This document shows, one piece after another, positions 1 through 8,647 of a stretch of 32,000 nt of DNA (positions are counted from its first letter, which is position 1; the number at the start of each line of letters is the position of its first letter). Position numbers and translations under genes: made by a program. Below the pieces are notes generated by a model, which saw nothing but the letters and a program-made list of their open reading frames with translations, ran no database searches and was not told the DNA's origin. Origin of the DNA: Candidatus Iainarchaeum sp. (GTDB lineage: Archaea > Iainarchaeota > Iainarchaeia > Iainarchaeales > CSSED10-239); assembly GCA_028700115.1 (NCBI GenBank), contig JAQVTI010000001.1, forward strand, positions 30,001 to 62,000, in the 5' to 3' direction.

Positions 1-423
1 AATATTAAAAAAGAAAAAACAGATCAAACATCTAAAGAAGAAAAATATGAAAATACTATACCAGAAAATAATAACATAGAAGAAGAAATAGAAGATAATA
101 ACATTGAAGAAGATAATAACATAGAAGAACAAAAAATAGAATTTAAAAAAAATGAAAATATTAAAAATGAAAAAAATAGAAAAATAGAAGAATCAGAAGA
201 TAAAATTGAAAATGAAATGATTGAATCTTCAAAAGAAATAAATAATATTAATGAAAACGAAGAAAATAAAAAAATAAAAAAAATTGAAACAAATAAAAAA
301 AGTCAAACAGAAATTTCAGAAATTTATTCAGAAATTACAGAAATAAAAGCACAAATAAAAGGACTTACAAAAATAATGAAAGATATTCTTGAAGAAAATA
401 GAAATATACTTAATAAATTATGA
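1..423 (+). CDS. 3' end of a larger ORF entering from upstream; Glu/Lys/Asn-rich low-complexity, probably coiled-coil protein of unknown function
   Basis: Frame 1 is open from base 1 to the TGA at 421-423, so the track ORF 217..423 is only its last Met-initiated part. It has repeated acidic NNIEE-type units and no recognisable catalytic motif. Confidence 0.4.
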   Translation, partial: NIKKEKTDQTSKEEKYENTIPENNNIEEEIEDNNIEEDNNIEEQKIEFKKNENIKNEKNRKIEESEDKIENEMIESSKEINNINENEENKKIKKIETNKKSQTEISEIYSEITEIKAQIKGLTKIMKDILEENRNILNKL

Positions 424-849
424 AAAAAGATAATCATAAGATTCTTTTGAAAATAAAAAAATTATTTCAAAAATAATTTCTCTTCTTTCAATTAAATTCT
501 TCGAAAAAATACTTTTTACTAAACTATCAATTTTATAAATATCTAAAAAAGAATTATTAGTAGCAATAAAAATATCTCTTAAAGTATTCTGTTTTTCAAG
601 TTCTGGCATATTTTTAAAAATAAAATCTGATTGCTTTCCAATAACATATAAAGGTAAAGACATTTCTTTTAAATTAATAATTTTTTTAATATAAAAAATA
701 CCTCTTTTATATTCTCTTGGGTAACTTTTTGCAAGAATAGAATTAGATGCTCTTTTTTTTAAAGCTTTTTTATATTTATAACTATTATAAATATTTTCTT
801 TTTTTAATTTTAAAATAATTTTACTAATAGGCTTATATTTATTTAACAT
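418..849 (-). CDS. hypothetical protein (143 aa), basic, no recognised domain
   Basis: Last ORF of a co-directional string rpl15e > 85 aa > 102 aa > 143 aa. Its stop overlaps the stop of the convergent ORF 1..423 (shared TTATGA). Confidence 0.35.
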   Translation of the reverse strand: MLNKYKPISKIILKLKKENIYNSYKYKKALKKRASNSILAKSYPREYKRGIFYIKKIINLKEMSLPLYVIGKQSDFIFKNMPELEKQNTLRDIFIATNNSFLDIYKIDSLVKSIFSKNLIERREIIFEIIFLFSKESYDYLFS

Positions 850-881
850 ATATTATCAAAAATACATAAAAACTATAACAA

Positions 882-1190
882 TTATGCCCCACCAAAAAGT
901 TTTGAAAAATCAAAACCATCATCTGATGAGTCATCTTTTATTTTTTTCTTTTTAAATATATTAACTAATATTAATATTATTAAAAGAATAAAAGAAGAAA
1001 TAAATCCAAAAGAAAAATCTAAATTAAAAAAATAAAAACATAAAAAATAGATTAATAATAAAAATAAATTAGACCATGAAGCAGAGAAAATAAAAAATAC
1101 ACCTAAAGCAAATGCAGAAAGTATAATATAATTATATTGTGAAGAAATTATAATTAATAAAGAAAACAAAATAAAAGTTAATATCTCCAA
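882..1190 (-). CDS. small integral membrane protein (102 aa)
   Basis: Three long hydrophobic stretches (LFSLLIIISS, ILSAFALGVFFIF, FISSFILLIILILV) followed by a charged tail KKKKIKDDSSDDGFD. Confidence 0.45.
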   Translation of the reverse strand: MEILTFILFSLLIIISSQYNYIILSAFALGVFFIFSASWSNLFLLLIYFLCFYFFNLDFSFGFISSFILLIILILVNIFKKKKIKDDSSDDGFDFSKLFGGA

Positions 1191-1219
1191 AATAAAATCT
1201 CCTTTATAAATTTATTAAA

Positions 1220-1477
1220 TTATATTTTTATTTTTATTGCTTTTTTAATATCTGCACCATATATCCAAAAAACTACAACCCCAATTGCAACAATCCAAAC
1301 AAGTTCTTGGAATCTAATAAAAATAAGATAAACAATAATAAGAGTTATAATTATTGCTGCAGTCTTATTTGCAATCTTACCTTTACTCCAAACATATATA
1401 GACATTGAAAAAACTATCAATAACAATAACCATAAAACATCTTGAAAAGATGTTGCTAAAAATATATTTGGATACAT
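1220..1477 (-). CDS. small integral membrane protein (85 aa)
   Basis: Three hydrophobic helices (VLWLLLLIVFSMSIYV, AAIIITLIIVYLIF, VWIVAIGVVVFWIY). Lies 29 nt downstream of rpl15e on the same strand. Confidence 0.45.
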   Translation of the reverse strand: MYPNIFLATSFQDVLWLLLLIVFSMSIYVWSKGKIANKTAAIIITLIIVYLIFIRFQELVWIVAIGVVVFWIYGADIKKAIKIKI

Positions 1478-1506
1478 AATAAAATTAATAAAAGAAAAGT
1501 TTAAAA

Positions 1507-2115
1507 CTACTTAGTTTTTCTTTTATTTGCTCTATTAGAAGGTCTTGCCTTTTCAGAACCAAAACCTTTATTTGAAAGACCTCTATTTTTCTTTGAAGCA
1601 GAAGTTTTACCTCTTTCAGCTCTACCTTTGTGTTTTTCTGAAACAATCCAATTAATCTTTAAATCATTTACAACTGCTGGATGATTTGGATCTACCATAA
1701 TTACTTCATAATATTTTTTTTGACCATCTTCTCCAATTAAATAAGAATTTAAAGCTTCTAAATTTGAATATTTTGCACTAGCTTTTTGTTCAGCCATTCT
1801 TTGAATAGAAATTCTTCTTGTAATTTTATTTACACCCATTCTTTTAGGTCGTCTACCAGCATTTGGTCTTCTAACAAGCCCAGAACCTTTTCTTACCTTT
1901 ACAAAAACTATATTAAAACCTTGTTTTGCTTTATAACCTAATTCTCTAGCTCTAATAGGATTTGTTGGTTTATCAAGCATAATAATTGATCCTTCTTTAT
2001 GTCTAAAATCAATTAATCTGTTTGTATATATTTTTTTATAATTATAATTTTCATCTTTTGTCTTACCAATAGATTTTTGAAAAGATTTTTTTATATATTG
2101 TGTTGCTGTTGTCAT
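1507..2115 (-). CDS. rpl15e: 50S ribosomal protein L15e
   Basis: Family-typical strings: TNPIRARELGYKAKQGF, VRKGSGLVRRPNAGRRPKRMG, YEVIMVDPNHPAV. Has a basic C-terminal tail and a GTGAT Shine-Dalgarno-like element upstream of the ATG. Confidence 0.92.
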   Translation of the reverse strand: MTTATQYIKKSFQKSIGKTKDENYNYKKIYTNRLIDFRHKEGSIIMLDKPTNPIRARELGYKAKQGFNIVFVKVRKGSGLVRRPNAGRRPKRMGVNKITRRISIQRMAEQKASAKYSNLEALNSYLIGEDGQKKYYEVIMVDPNHPAVVNDLKINWIVSEKHKGRAERGKTSASKKNRGLSNKGFGSEKARPSNRANKRKTK

Positions 2116-2425
2116 TTTTAATCACACTCGTTTATATTTTTTAAAATAAATTTAAATCTAAAAATTAAATAAATTAATAATTAGTAAATAAATTAATGAA
2201 CAGTAAAGTTTATATAATAGTTGTTAAAATAAGCTTAATTTGACCTTTTTTTTATAAAAAATGATTAAAAATAAAACTATTTATTTTTAATAAAATAAAA
2301 AATTATATAAAATGATAAAACAATAATTGTTTATCTTATATAAAATAATAAAAAAATAAAATTAAAAAATCTTTTATATTCTTCTAAATATATATTATAT
2401 AATATATTTATTAAATAAAATTAAT

Positions 2426-2608
2426 ATGAACACATATAAAATAAAATTAAAAGAAAAAGAATTTGGAAAAACTCTAAGAGATATATTAATATCTAGAAAG
2501 ATTAATCCAGAATATATTATATTAAAAGAAAAAAATAAATTCATACCAATCTCTAAAACTTATAAAAAAGAAGTTGAACTTGAAGTTTTAGAAGTTATAA
2601 AAATGTAA
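2426..2608 (+). CDS. small ThiS/MoaD-like (beta-grasp) protein lacking a C-terminal Gly-Gly
   Basis: 60 aa with a ThiS-like layout: short N-terminal strand KIKL, then G-x-T-L-R-D-I-L, then I-x-x-N/K-x-x-x-I-P and an E-V-E-L-E-V-L-E-V tail. It ends ...VIKM-stop rather than GG. Sits 11 nt upstream of the PP-loop thiolase gene. Confidence 0.4.
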   Translation: MNTYKIKLKEKEFGKTLRDILISRKINPEYIILKEKNKFIPISKTYKKEVELEVLEVIKM

Positions 2609-2619
2609 ATTGAATAATT

Positions 2620-3555
2620 ATGGTTAAATGTGAAAAATGTAAAAAAGAGGCATTAATTTATCTTGCATATGGAAAACACAACTTTTGTAAAGATCACTTT
2701 AATGAATTTTTTGAAAAAAGATTTAAAAAAAACATAAGACAACATAATATATTTAATAACAAAGACTACATAGGTATTGCAACTTCTGGTGGAAAAGACT
2801 CAATGGTTTTATTATATTTATTTAATAAAATATTTAAGCCTAAAAGATATAAGTTTTGCGCAATTTTTGTAAATGAAGGAACACATAACTATTCAGATAA
2901 AACTGAAAAGTTAGTTACTGATTTTTGCAAAAAACTAGATACTAAATTAATTAAAAGTTCACATAAAGATGAACTTGGAGTATCTACTCAAGAAGTCTCT
3001 GTAAACTATAATAAAAAAGAAGGTTCAATTTGTACATATTGTGGGGTTATGAGAAGAAAAGTTTTAAACATTCTAGCAAATAAAGAAAATATTACAAAAA
3101 TTGCAACAGGACATAACTTAGATGATGAATGCCAAACTGTTTTAATGAACCTTTTAGATAATGATGCAATTAGATTTTTTAGAACTGGCCCTGTTACTGG
3201 GATAATTGATTTAAAAGAAACAAAACCTAGAATTAAACCTTTCTATTTAACTCCAGAAAAAGAAATTGCTGCATATGCATTATATAATGACATTCCATTT
3301 TACAAAGAAGATTGCCCTTTTTATAAAGCAGCTAAAAGAAATCATTTTAGAGAATTTATTAATGAAACTGAAGTTATGCATCCAGGATCTAAATTTTCAT
3401 TAATTAAAAGCTTTTTAAAAATCAAAGATTTATGTGATATTAAAAAAATAACTAATAAAATAAATAAACCATTAAACAAATGTGAAATTTGTGGAAGTGA
3501 AACTAGTGGTAAGATTTGTAAAAGCTGTCAATTATTAAAAGATATGAAAATTTAA
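2620..3555 (+). CDS. ttuA: tRNA 2-thiolation PP-loop ATPase, TtuA/NcsA(Ncs6/Ctu1) family
   Basis: N-terminal zinc finger CxxC...CxxH (CEKC...CKDH). PP-loop SGGKDS. CTYC plus a later DCPF cysteine, the TtuA-type Fe-S ligand pattern. ATGHNLDDE motif. C-terminal CEIC...CKSC zinc finger. Confidence 0.85.
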   Translation: MVKCEKCKKEALIYLAYGKHNFCKDHFNEFFEKRFKKNIRQHNIFNNKDYIGIATSGGKDSMVLLYLFNKIFKPKRYKFCAIFVNEGTHNYSDKTEKLVTDFCKKLDTKLIKSSHKDELGVSTQEVSVNYNKKEGSICTYCGVMRRKVLNILANKENITKIATGHNLDDECQTVLMNLLDNDAIRFFRTGPVTGIIDLKETKPRIKPFYLTPEKEIAAYALYNDIPFYKEDCPFYKAAKRNHFREFINETEVMHPGSKFSLIKSFLKIKDLCDIKKITNKINKPLNKCEICGSETSGKICKSCQLLKDMKI

Positions 3556-3626
3556 TAATTTTTTATAAAATAAATTTATATTTAAATCTTTTTAATTACT
3601 ATTTTATTAAAAATAGGTAAAAAAAT

Positions 3627-5255
3627 ATGCAAAAATACACAGAAATTCTAAAAAAGTTAAACTATAACTTTAAACAAACTGATTTGTATAAGTATAAACC
3701 TTTTTTTGGAAATATAAAATATTTACTTGAATATCAAGAAGCTTTAGAAAATCCACTTCTTGCACAAACACGTATTCTTAAAAAAATTATTAAAAAAAAT
3801 AAAAAAACAGAATATGGTATAAAATATAATTTCTCAGAAATAAAAACAATTAATGACTTTCAAAAAAAAGTTCCAATAATCACATTTAAAGATATTGAAA
3901 AAGATATTGAAAGACTTAAAAAAGGAGAACAAAATATTTTTACAAAAGACAAAGTGGTTTATTTTGCATCAACTTCAGGAACAACCTCTAAAATAAAACT
4001 AGTCCCTGTTACAAAAGATAGAGTTAAAAACTTCAAAAGAGAATTTTCTTTATGGGCACTTGACCTAATTAAAAAAAGTGCAAATGTATTTGGTGGAAAA
4101 ACACTTTATTTTGCAGGCCCTTATTTTGAAGGAGAGACTGAAGGTAATATAAAATATGGAAGTATTTCTGGTTATTTAATATATAAAGCTCCTTGGTTTA
4201 TTAAAAGTAAGATTACAAATAAAGTTAGAATTTATAATGAAATGAACTTTAATAAGAAAATTAAAAAAATGGCAATTTCTGCTCTTAAAACAAAAAACAT
4301 AACCCAGATTGGATTTACTACACCAATTGAAGCAATTTTATTTTTTGATTATATTAAAAGAAATAAAACTAAACTAATTAAAGAGATTGAAAAAACAAAC
4401 AAAGAAAGAGCAAACTATCTTAAATCAATTGAAGATTTTAAACCAATTAACATCTGGAAACATCTAAGCTTAATTAATTGTTTTAAATCAGAAACAAATA
4501 TGATGTATATCCAAACACTTCTTGAAAAATTAGGAAAAGAAATTGAAGTTAGAGACCCAGGAATTAATGCTTCTGAAGGTAGACTTTCAATTGGTATTGG
4601 AAAAGACGGAGTTTCTGGAATTCCTCCTTTAAATGAAAGCTTTTTTGAATTTATTGATATTAATAAAAAAAATGCAAAACCAATAACAATAGATAAACTT
4701 AAACTTAATGGAAAATATAAAGTAATAATTACAACTTCTGAAGGACTTTATAGATACGATATGGGAGATGTAATTACAGTTACAGGTTTTAAGAAAAAAA
4801 TACCTTATATTAGATTTTATAATAGAGAAAATTTTTTAAACATAGCAGGAGAGCTTGCTTACGAAGATGAGATTGTAAAAGCCATGGTTAAAACTATTAA
4901 AGATTTAAAAATTAATATTAAGCATTATACATTTTTACCATATATTAAAAATTTAAGTAGAAAACCAAGATATGAAGTTTTAATTGATTTTGAAAAAGAA
5001 TTAAATGAAAAAAAAATTAAAGAATTTATTAAAAAACTAGACTCTAATCTACAAGAAATCATAAATGATTATAAACAAATGAGAAATGAATTTGGTAGAC
5101 TAGACACACCTGTTGTTTCTGTTCTTAGAAAAGGAAGCTATGATATGTATGATAAAAAAAGAGTAGTTGCATCAGGAAACCCTAAACCTATAAATATATG
5201 TAAAGATGCAGGTTTTAGAAATAATTTTGAAATTGAAAAAACTTATAAACTTTAA
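3627..5255 (+). CDS. GH3-family adenylate-forming acyl-acid amido synthetase-like protein
   Basis: GH3/ANL motifs in order: STSGTTSKIKLVPVT (phosphate loop), INASEGRLSIG (YxSSE-like), and GLYRYDMGDVITVTGFKKKIPYIRFYNREN (the GH3 hallmark YRxGD..v.gf.n..P.f.F..R). Confidence 0.72.
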   Translation: MQKYTEILKKLNYNFKQTDLYKYKPFFGNIKYLLEYQEALENPLLAQTRILKKIIKKNKKTEYGIKYNFSEIKTINDFQKKVPIITFKDIEKDIERLKKGEQNIFTKDKVVYFASTSGTTSKIKLVPVTKDRVKNFKREFSLWALDLIKKSANVFGGKTLYFAGPYFEGETEGNIKYGSISGYLIYKAPWFIKSKITNKVRIYNEMNFNKKIKKMAISALKTKNITQIGFTTPIEAILFFDYIKRNKTKLIKEIEKTNKERANYLKSIEDFKPINIWKHLSLINCFKSETNMMYIQTLLEKLGKEIEVRDPGINASEGRLSIGIGKDGVSGIPPLNESFFEFIDINKKNAKPITIDKLKLNGKYKVIITTSEGLYRYDMGDVITVTGFKKKIPYIRFYNRENFLNIAGELAYEDEIVKAMVKTIKDLKINIKHYTFLPYIKNLSRKPRYEVLIDFEKELNEKKIKEFIKKLDSNLQEIINDYKQMRNEFGRLDTPVVSVLRKGSYDMYDKKRVVASGNPKPINICKDAGFRNNFEIEKTYKL

Positions 5256-5292
5256 AAATGGATATAAAATATATAAAAGGAGATGATCTAAT

Positions 5293-5418
5293 ATGCCATG
5301 TTTAAAAAGAACAGTATCTAAAAGATTACAAAAAAAACCAAGTAATAAAAAACAAGAACAAAAGGAAGCAGTTGAAAAAAAATTACATGAATACCTAAAA
5401 AAGAAAAAAAATGAATAG
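5293..5418 (+). CDS. unannotated 41-codon Lys-rich ORF (MPCLKRTVSKRLQKKPSNKKQEQKEAVEKKLHEYLKKKKNE)
   Basis: Below the ORF-track cutoff and read by hand. GGAGATGATC at 5279-5288 matches 9 of 10 positions of the consensus SD GGAGGTGATC and ends 4 nt before the ATG. Its stop (TAG, 5416-5418) overlaps the ATG (5411) of the next gene, which suggests translational coupling. Confidence 0.45.
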   Translation: MPCLKRTVSKRLQKKPSNKKQEQKEAVEKKLHEYLKKKKNE

Positions 5419-6487
5419 AAAATATTTTTATAAAAATTATTTTGAAGCAAGAAATAAATTTATAGAATTATCAAAAAAAAACAAATTTGAACAAGAAAAC
5501 TATAAGATTGAAAAAAATTTAACTATAGATGTATCTTTTAAAAAAACAAATAAAGATAAATTAATTATTTTTTTATCTGGGGTTCATGGAGTTGAGGGTT
5601 ATTTAGGTTCTGGTTTTCAGAACTTATTTTTAGATAAATTTTTTCAAAAAAATAAAAATAAATCCTCAGTTCTTCTTATTCATTCTCTTAATCCTTATGG
5701 ATATGCAAACAATAGAAGATATAATAAAAATAATGTAGATTTAAATAGAAATAATATTGAAAACTTTAAAAATGTTAAAAATATTAATCCAAAATATACA
5801 GAAATTTTTAGAAACTTACTACCAGTATATAATCCAAAAAACACTAACTTTTTTACAGTATATTTTTATTATTATATAAAACTATTTTTACAAATGATAA
5901 AATATGCTCCATCAGATGTAATTAATGCAAGTGGTTTTGGACAAAACATTGATTCAAAATCAGTTTGCTATTGTGGGAATAAAAAGGAAAAAGAAACTTT
6001 AATTTTAGAAAATATTTTAAAAAAACACACTAAAGAATTCAAAAAAGTTATATTTGTAGATATACATTCTGGAAGTGCAAGAAAATACGAAATTGCAACA
6101 TACACAAATTATCCAGAAGACTCTAAAGAAATTAAACTAATTAAAAAAATATGGAAAAATACAAAATCTAGATTTACAAAAGCAAGAGCAATGAATCATA
6201 TTGGTTCAGTTGAAGATAGTTTTTATAAAAATTGTAAATCTAAAGAAAAATACGATATTACTTTAGAATATGGAACTATTCTTAGATTTTCTATGATTAT
6301 GTCACTTAGTTATCTTGCAAGACTTTTAGTTATTGAAAACTCAATTTATAATAGAAAGAAAAAAAGAAAATATAAAAAAATTAAAAGAAGAATGAAAGAA
6401 GCTTACTTTCCTGAAGACGAAACATATTATCTTTTCTTTAAAAAAAGAACAAGTAAATTTATTAAAAGAATTTACAAATATTTCTAA
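5411..6487 (+). CDS. M14-like zinc metallopeptidase/amidase (DUF2817-type, AstE/AspA-carboxypeptidase clan)
   Basis: HGVE (HxxE zinc ligands) within LSGVHGVEGYLGSG. IHSLNPYGYANNRRYNKNNVDLNRN (NPxG...R..N.VDLNRN core). A later VDIHSG supplies the third His. Strongly basic C-terminal tail. Confidence 0.6.
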   Translation: MNRKYFYKNYFEARNKFIELSKKNKFEQENYKIEKNLTIDVSFKKTNKDKLIIFLSGVHGVEGYLGSGFQNLFLDKFFQKNKNKSSVLLIHSLNPYGYANNRRYNKNNVDLNRNNIENFKNVKNINPKYTEIFRNLLPVYNPKNTNFFTVYFYYYIKLFLQMIKYAPSDVINASGFGQNIDSKSVCYCGNKKEKETLILENILKKHTKEFKKVIFVDIHSGSARKYEIATYTNYPEDSKEIKLIKKIWKNTKSRFTKARAMNHIGSVEDSFYKNCKSKEKYDITLEYGTILRFSMIMSLSYLARLLVIENSIYNRKKKRKYKKIKRRMKEAYFPEDETYYLFFKKRTSKFIKRIYKYF

Positions 6488-6488
6488 A

Positions 6489-8447
6489 TTATTTAATTCT
6501 TTCCTTTAGAGCATTTATTTGATTTCTTATTTTTATTGCATTTTCAAAATCTAGATTGTCTGCAAAACTTCTCATTTCTTTTTCTAATCTTTTAATAACT
6601 TTAGAAATTTCATTTTTTGGAATATGCTTTATATCTTTTACAATATCTTTTTTCTTCTCAGGAATTTTTTTAATAATTGTTTGAGGTATAATTCCATTCT
6701 TTTTATTATATTTAATTTGCAAACTTCTTCTTCTATTAGTCTCGCTTATAGCTTTTTTCATAGAATCTGTATTTCTATCTGCATATAAAATAACTTTAGA
6801 TTCAGAATTTCTTGCAGCTCTACCTATTATCTGTATTAGACTTTTATAATCTCTTAAAAATCCTTCCTTATCTGCATCTAAAATACCAATTAATGCAACT
6901 TCAGGAATGTCTAGTCCTTCTCTTAAAAGATTTATCCCAACTAGACAATCAAAATCACCTTTTCTTAATTGTCTAATAATCTCAGTTCTATCAAGAGTAT
7001 CTATCTCAGAATGCAAATATCTTGTTTTTATTCCTTTTTCTGAAAGAAATTCAGATATTTCTTCAGCTAATTTTTTAGTTAAAGTTGTAACTAAAACTCT
7101 TTGTCCAAGTTTTATTGTGTTTTTAATTTCTTTAATTAAATCTTCAACTTGTCCTTCTGTTTTTCTGACTTCAACTGGTGGATCTACTAACCCAGTAGGT
7201 CTAATTATTTGTTCAACTATTTGAGAAGAGTTATCTTTTTCATAATCTGAAGGTGTAGCTGAGACAAATATTACATTTTTCATAAAATGTTTCTCAAACT
7301 CTTTAAATTTTAAAGGTCTATTGTCTAATGCAGACGGAAGTCTAAACCCATAATCTACTAAATTTTTCTTCCTAGAATAATCTCCTGCATACATAGCTCT
7401 TAACTGAGGAAGTGTTTGATGACTTTCATCAATTACAAGTAGAAAATCTTTTGGAAAATAATCTAATAAACAAAAAGGTCTCTCTCCTGGTTTTCTTCTA
7501 TCAAAATATCTTGAATAATTTTCAATTCCATTACAATAACCAGCTTCCTGTATCATCTCTAAATCAAACTTTATTCTTTGAGAAAGTCTATATGAAGATA
7601 CATCATCTAATTCAGGTAATCTTTTATCTAAATCTTCTTTAATTTCTTTAACAGCAACATCAACTACTTCTTCAGGAACAACAAAATGTTTTGCAGGATG
7701 TATTCTTATGTTTTTTAAAGTATAAATTACAGAGTTATCTAATTTATCAATTTCTGAAATTCTATCAATTTCATCTCCAAAAAACTCAATTCTTAAAATA
7801 TTATTATAATAAGCAGGAATTACATCAATTGTAGACCCTCTAACTCTAAAATTACCAGATTCTAAATTATTATCATTTCTTTTATATTGTATATCTACTA
7901 AATTTTTAAGAAAATCTTTTTTATTAATATTTTGACCTACTAAAAGATTAATTCCTAAATCCTTATAGACTTTAGGATTACCTAAACCATATATACAAGA
8001 AACAGAAGCAACAATTATAACATCATTTCTAGAAGTTAGAGATGCAGTTGCTGAAAGTCTTAACTTTTCTATTTCATCATTAATTTTTGTATTTTTCTCA
8101 ATATATAAATCTCTTTGAGGAACATAACTTTCTGGTTGATAATAATCATAATATGAAACAAAATATTCTACTTTATTATTTGGAAAAAGTTCTTTAAACT
8201 CATTATATAACTGAGCAGCTAAAGTCTTATTATGTGCAATAACCAAAGTTGGTTTTTGATACTTTTCAATTACATGAGCAATACTATATGTTTTACCAGA
8301 TCCAGTTATACCTAAAAGTGTTTGGAAATTTTTAGATGTATCTTTATTTTTTATAAGATGTTCCGATAGTTGTTTAATTGCCTTAGGTTGATCTCCTTTT
8401 GGAGAAAATTTAGAAACAAGTTCAAACTTATTTTTAGAAGTATCCAT
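6489..8447 (-). CDS. uvrB: excinuclease ABC subunit B (UvrB)
   Basis: FSPKGDQPKAI, Walker A GITGSGKT, DESH box (VIDESHQT), helicase motifs LLREGLDIPEV and GRAARN, and a C-terminal UVR domain (DFENAIKIRNQINALK). The start is placed at the Met of MDTSKNKF (8447). The 18 hydrophobic codons up to 8501 look like a spurious extension. Confidence 0.94.
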   Translation of the reverse strand: MDTSKNKFELVSKFSPKGDQPKAIKQLSEHLIKNKDTSKNFQTLLGITGSGKTYSIAHVIEKYQKPTLVIAHNKTLAAQLYNEFKELFPNNKVEYFVSYYDYYQPESYVPQRDLYIEKNTKINDEIEKLRLSATASLTSRNDVIIVASVSCIYGLGNPKVYKDLGINLLVGQNINKKDFLKNLVDIQYKRNDNNLESGNFRVRGSTIDVIPAYYNNILRIEFFGDEIDRISEIDKLDNSVIYTLKNIRIHPAKHFVVPEEVVDVAVKEIKEDLDKRLPELDDVSSYRLSQRIKFDLEMIQEAGYCNGIENYSRYFDRRKPGERPFCLLDYFPKDFLLVIDESHQTLPQLRAMYAGDYSRKKNLVDYGFRLPSALDNRPLKFKEFEKHFMKNVIFVSATPSDYEKDNSSQIVEQIIRPTGLVDPPVEVRKTEGQVEDLIKEIKNTIKLGQRVLVTTLTKKLAEEISEFLSEKGIKTRYLHSEIDTLDRTEIIRQLRKGDFDCLVGINLLREGLDIPEVALIGILDADKEGFLRDYKSLIQIIGRAARNSESKVILYADRNTDSMKKAISETNRRRSLQIKYNKKNGIIPQTIIKKIPEKKKDIVKDIKHIPKNEISKVIKRLEKEMRSFADNLDFENAIKIRNQINALKERIK

Positions 8448-8647
8448 ATATAATATAATATTAATAATCAATATATAATTATCTAAAAATAAGTTAATCA
8501 CAAAAAAAGAGTATTTAAAAACATTCTTAGAATATAATATATTATAAATTAATATTAATTTTTATAAAAATTAAAAAAAATAAATTATAAAAAATTAATT
8601 TAAACCTTTTAAAAATATAAAAAATACTTTAAAAAAATGGTGAAAAT

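Noticed and set aside
1-216. GAAGATAATAACAT(T/A)GAAGAA DNA repeats at the window start, as a possible satellite
   Set aside because: They sit in an open reading frame and encode acidic NNIEE repeats. They are better explained as a low-complexity coding region.
923-929. CTGATGA (C/D-box-like string), considered because nop5/flpA are in the window
   Set aside because: It lies inside a membrane-protein CDS (antisense of the codons for DDSSDD). There is no paired D box, terminal stem or guide architecture.
5172-5450. ORF 5172..5450(-) spanning the GH3 / M14-like junction
   Set aside because: It overlaps the ends of two supported plus-strand genes and the SD-preceded micro-ORF. Its poly-Phe content reflects the poly-A coding strand.
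6907-7642. ORFs 6907..7224(+) and 7412..7642(+) antisense inside uvrB
   Set aside because: Shadow ORFs opposite a strongly supported gene. Their composition is Ser/Leu/Phe-rich and low in information, with no motifs.
8448-8501. 18-codon N-terminal extension of uvrB (MINLFLDNYILIINIILY)
   Set aside because: UvrB homology begins at MDTSKNKFELVSKFSPKGDQP. The extension is hydrophobic AT-rich read-through of the promoter region.
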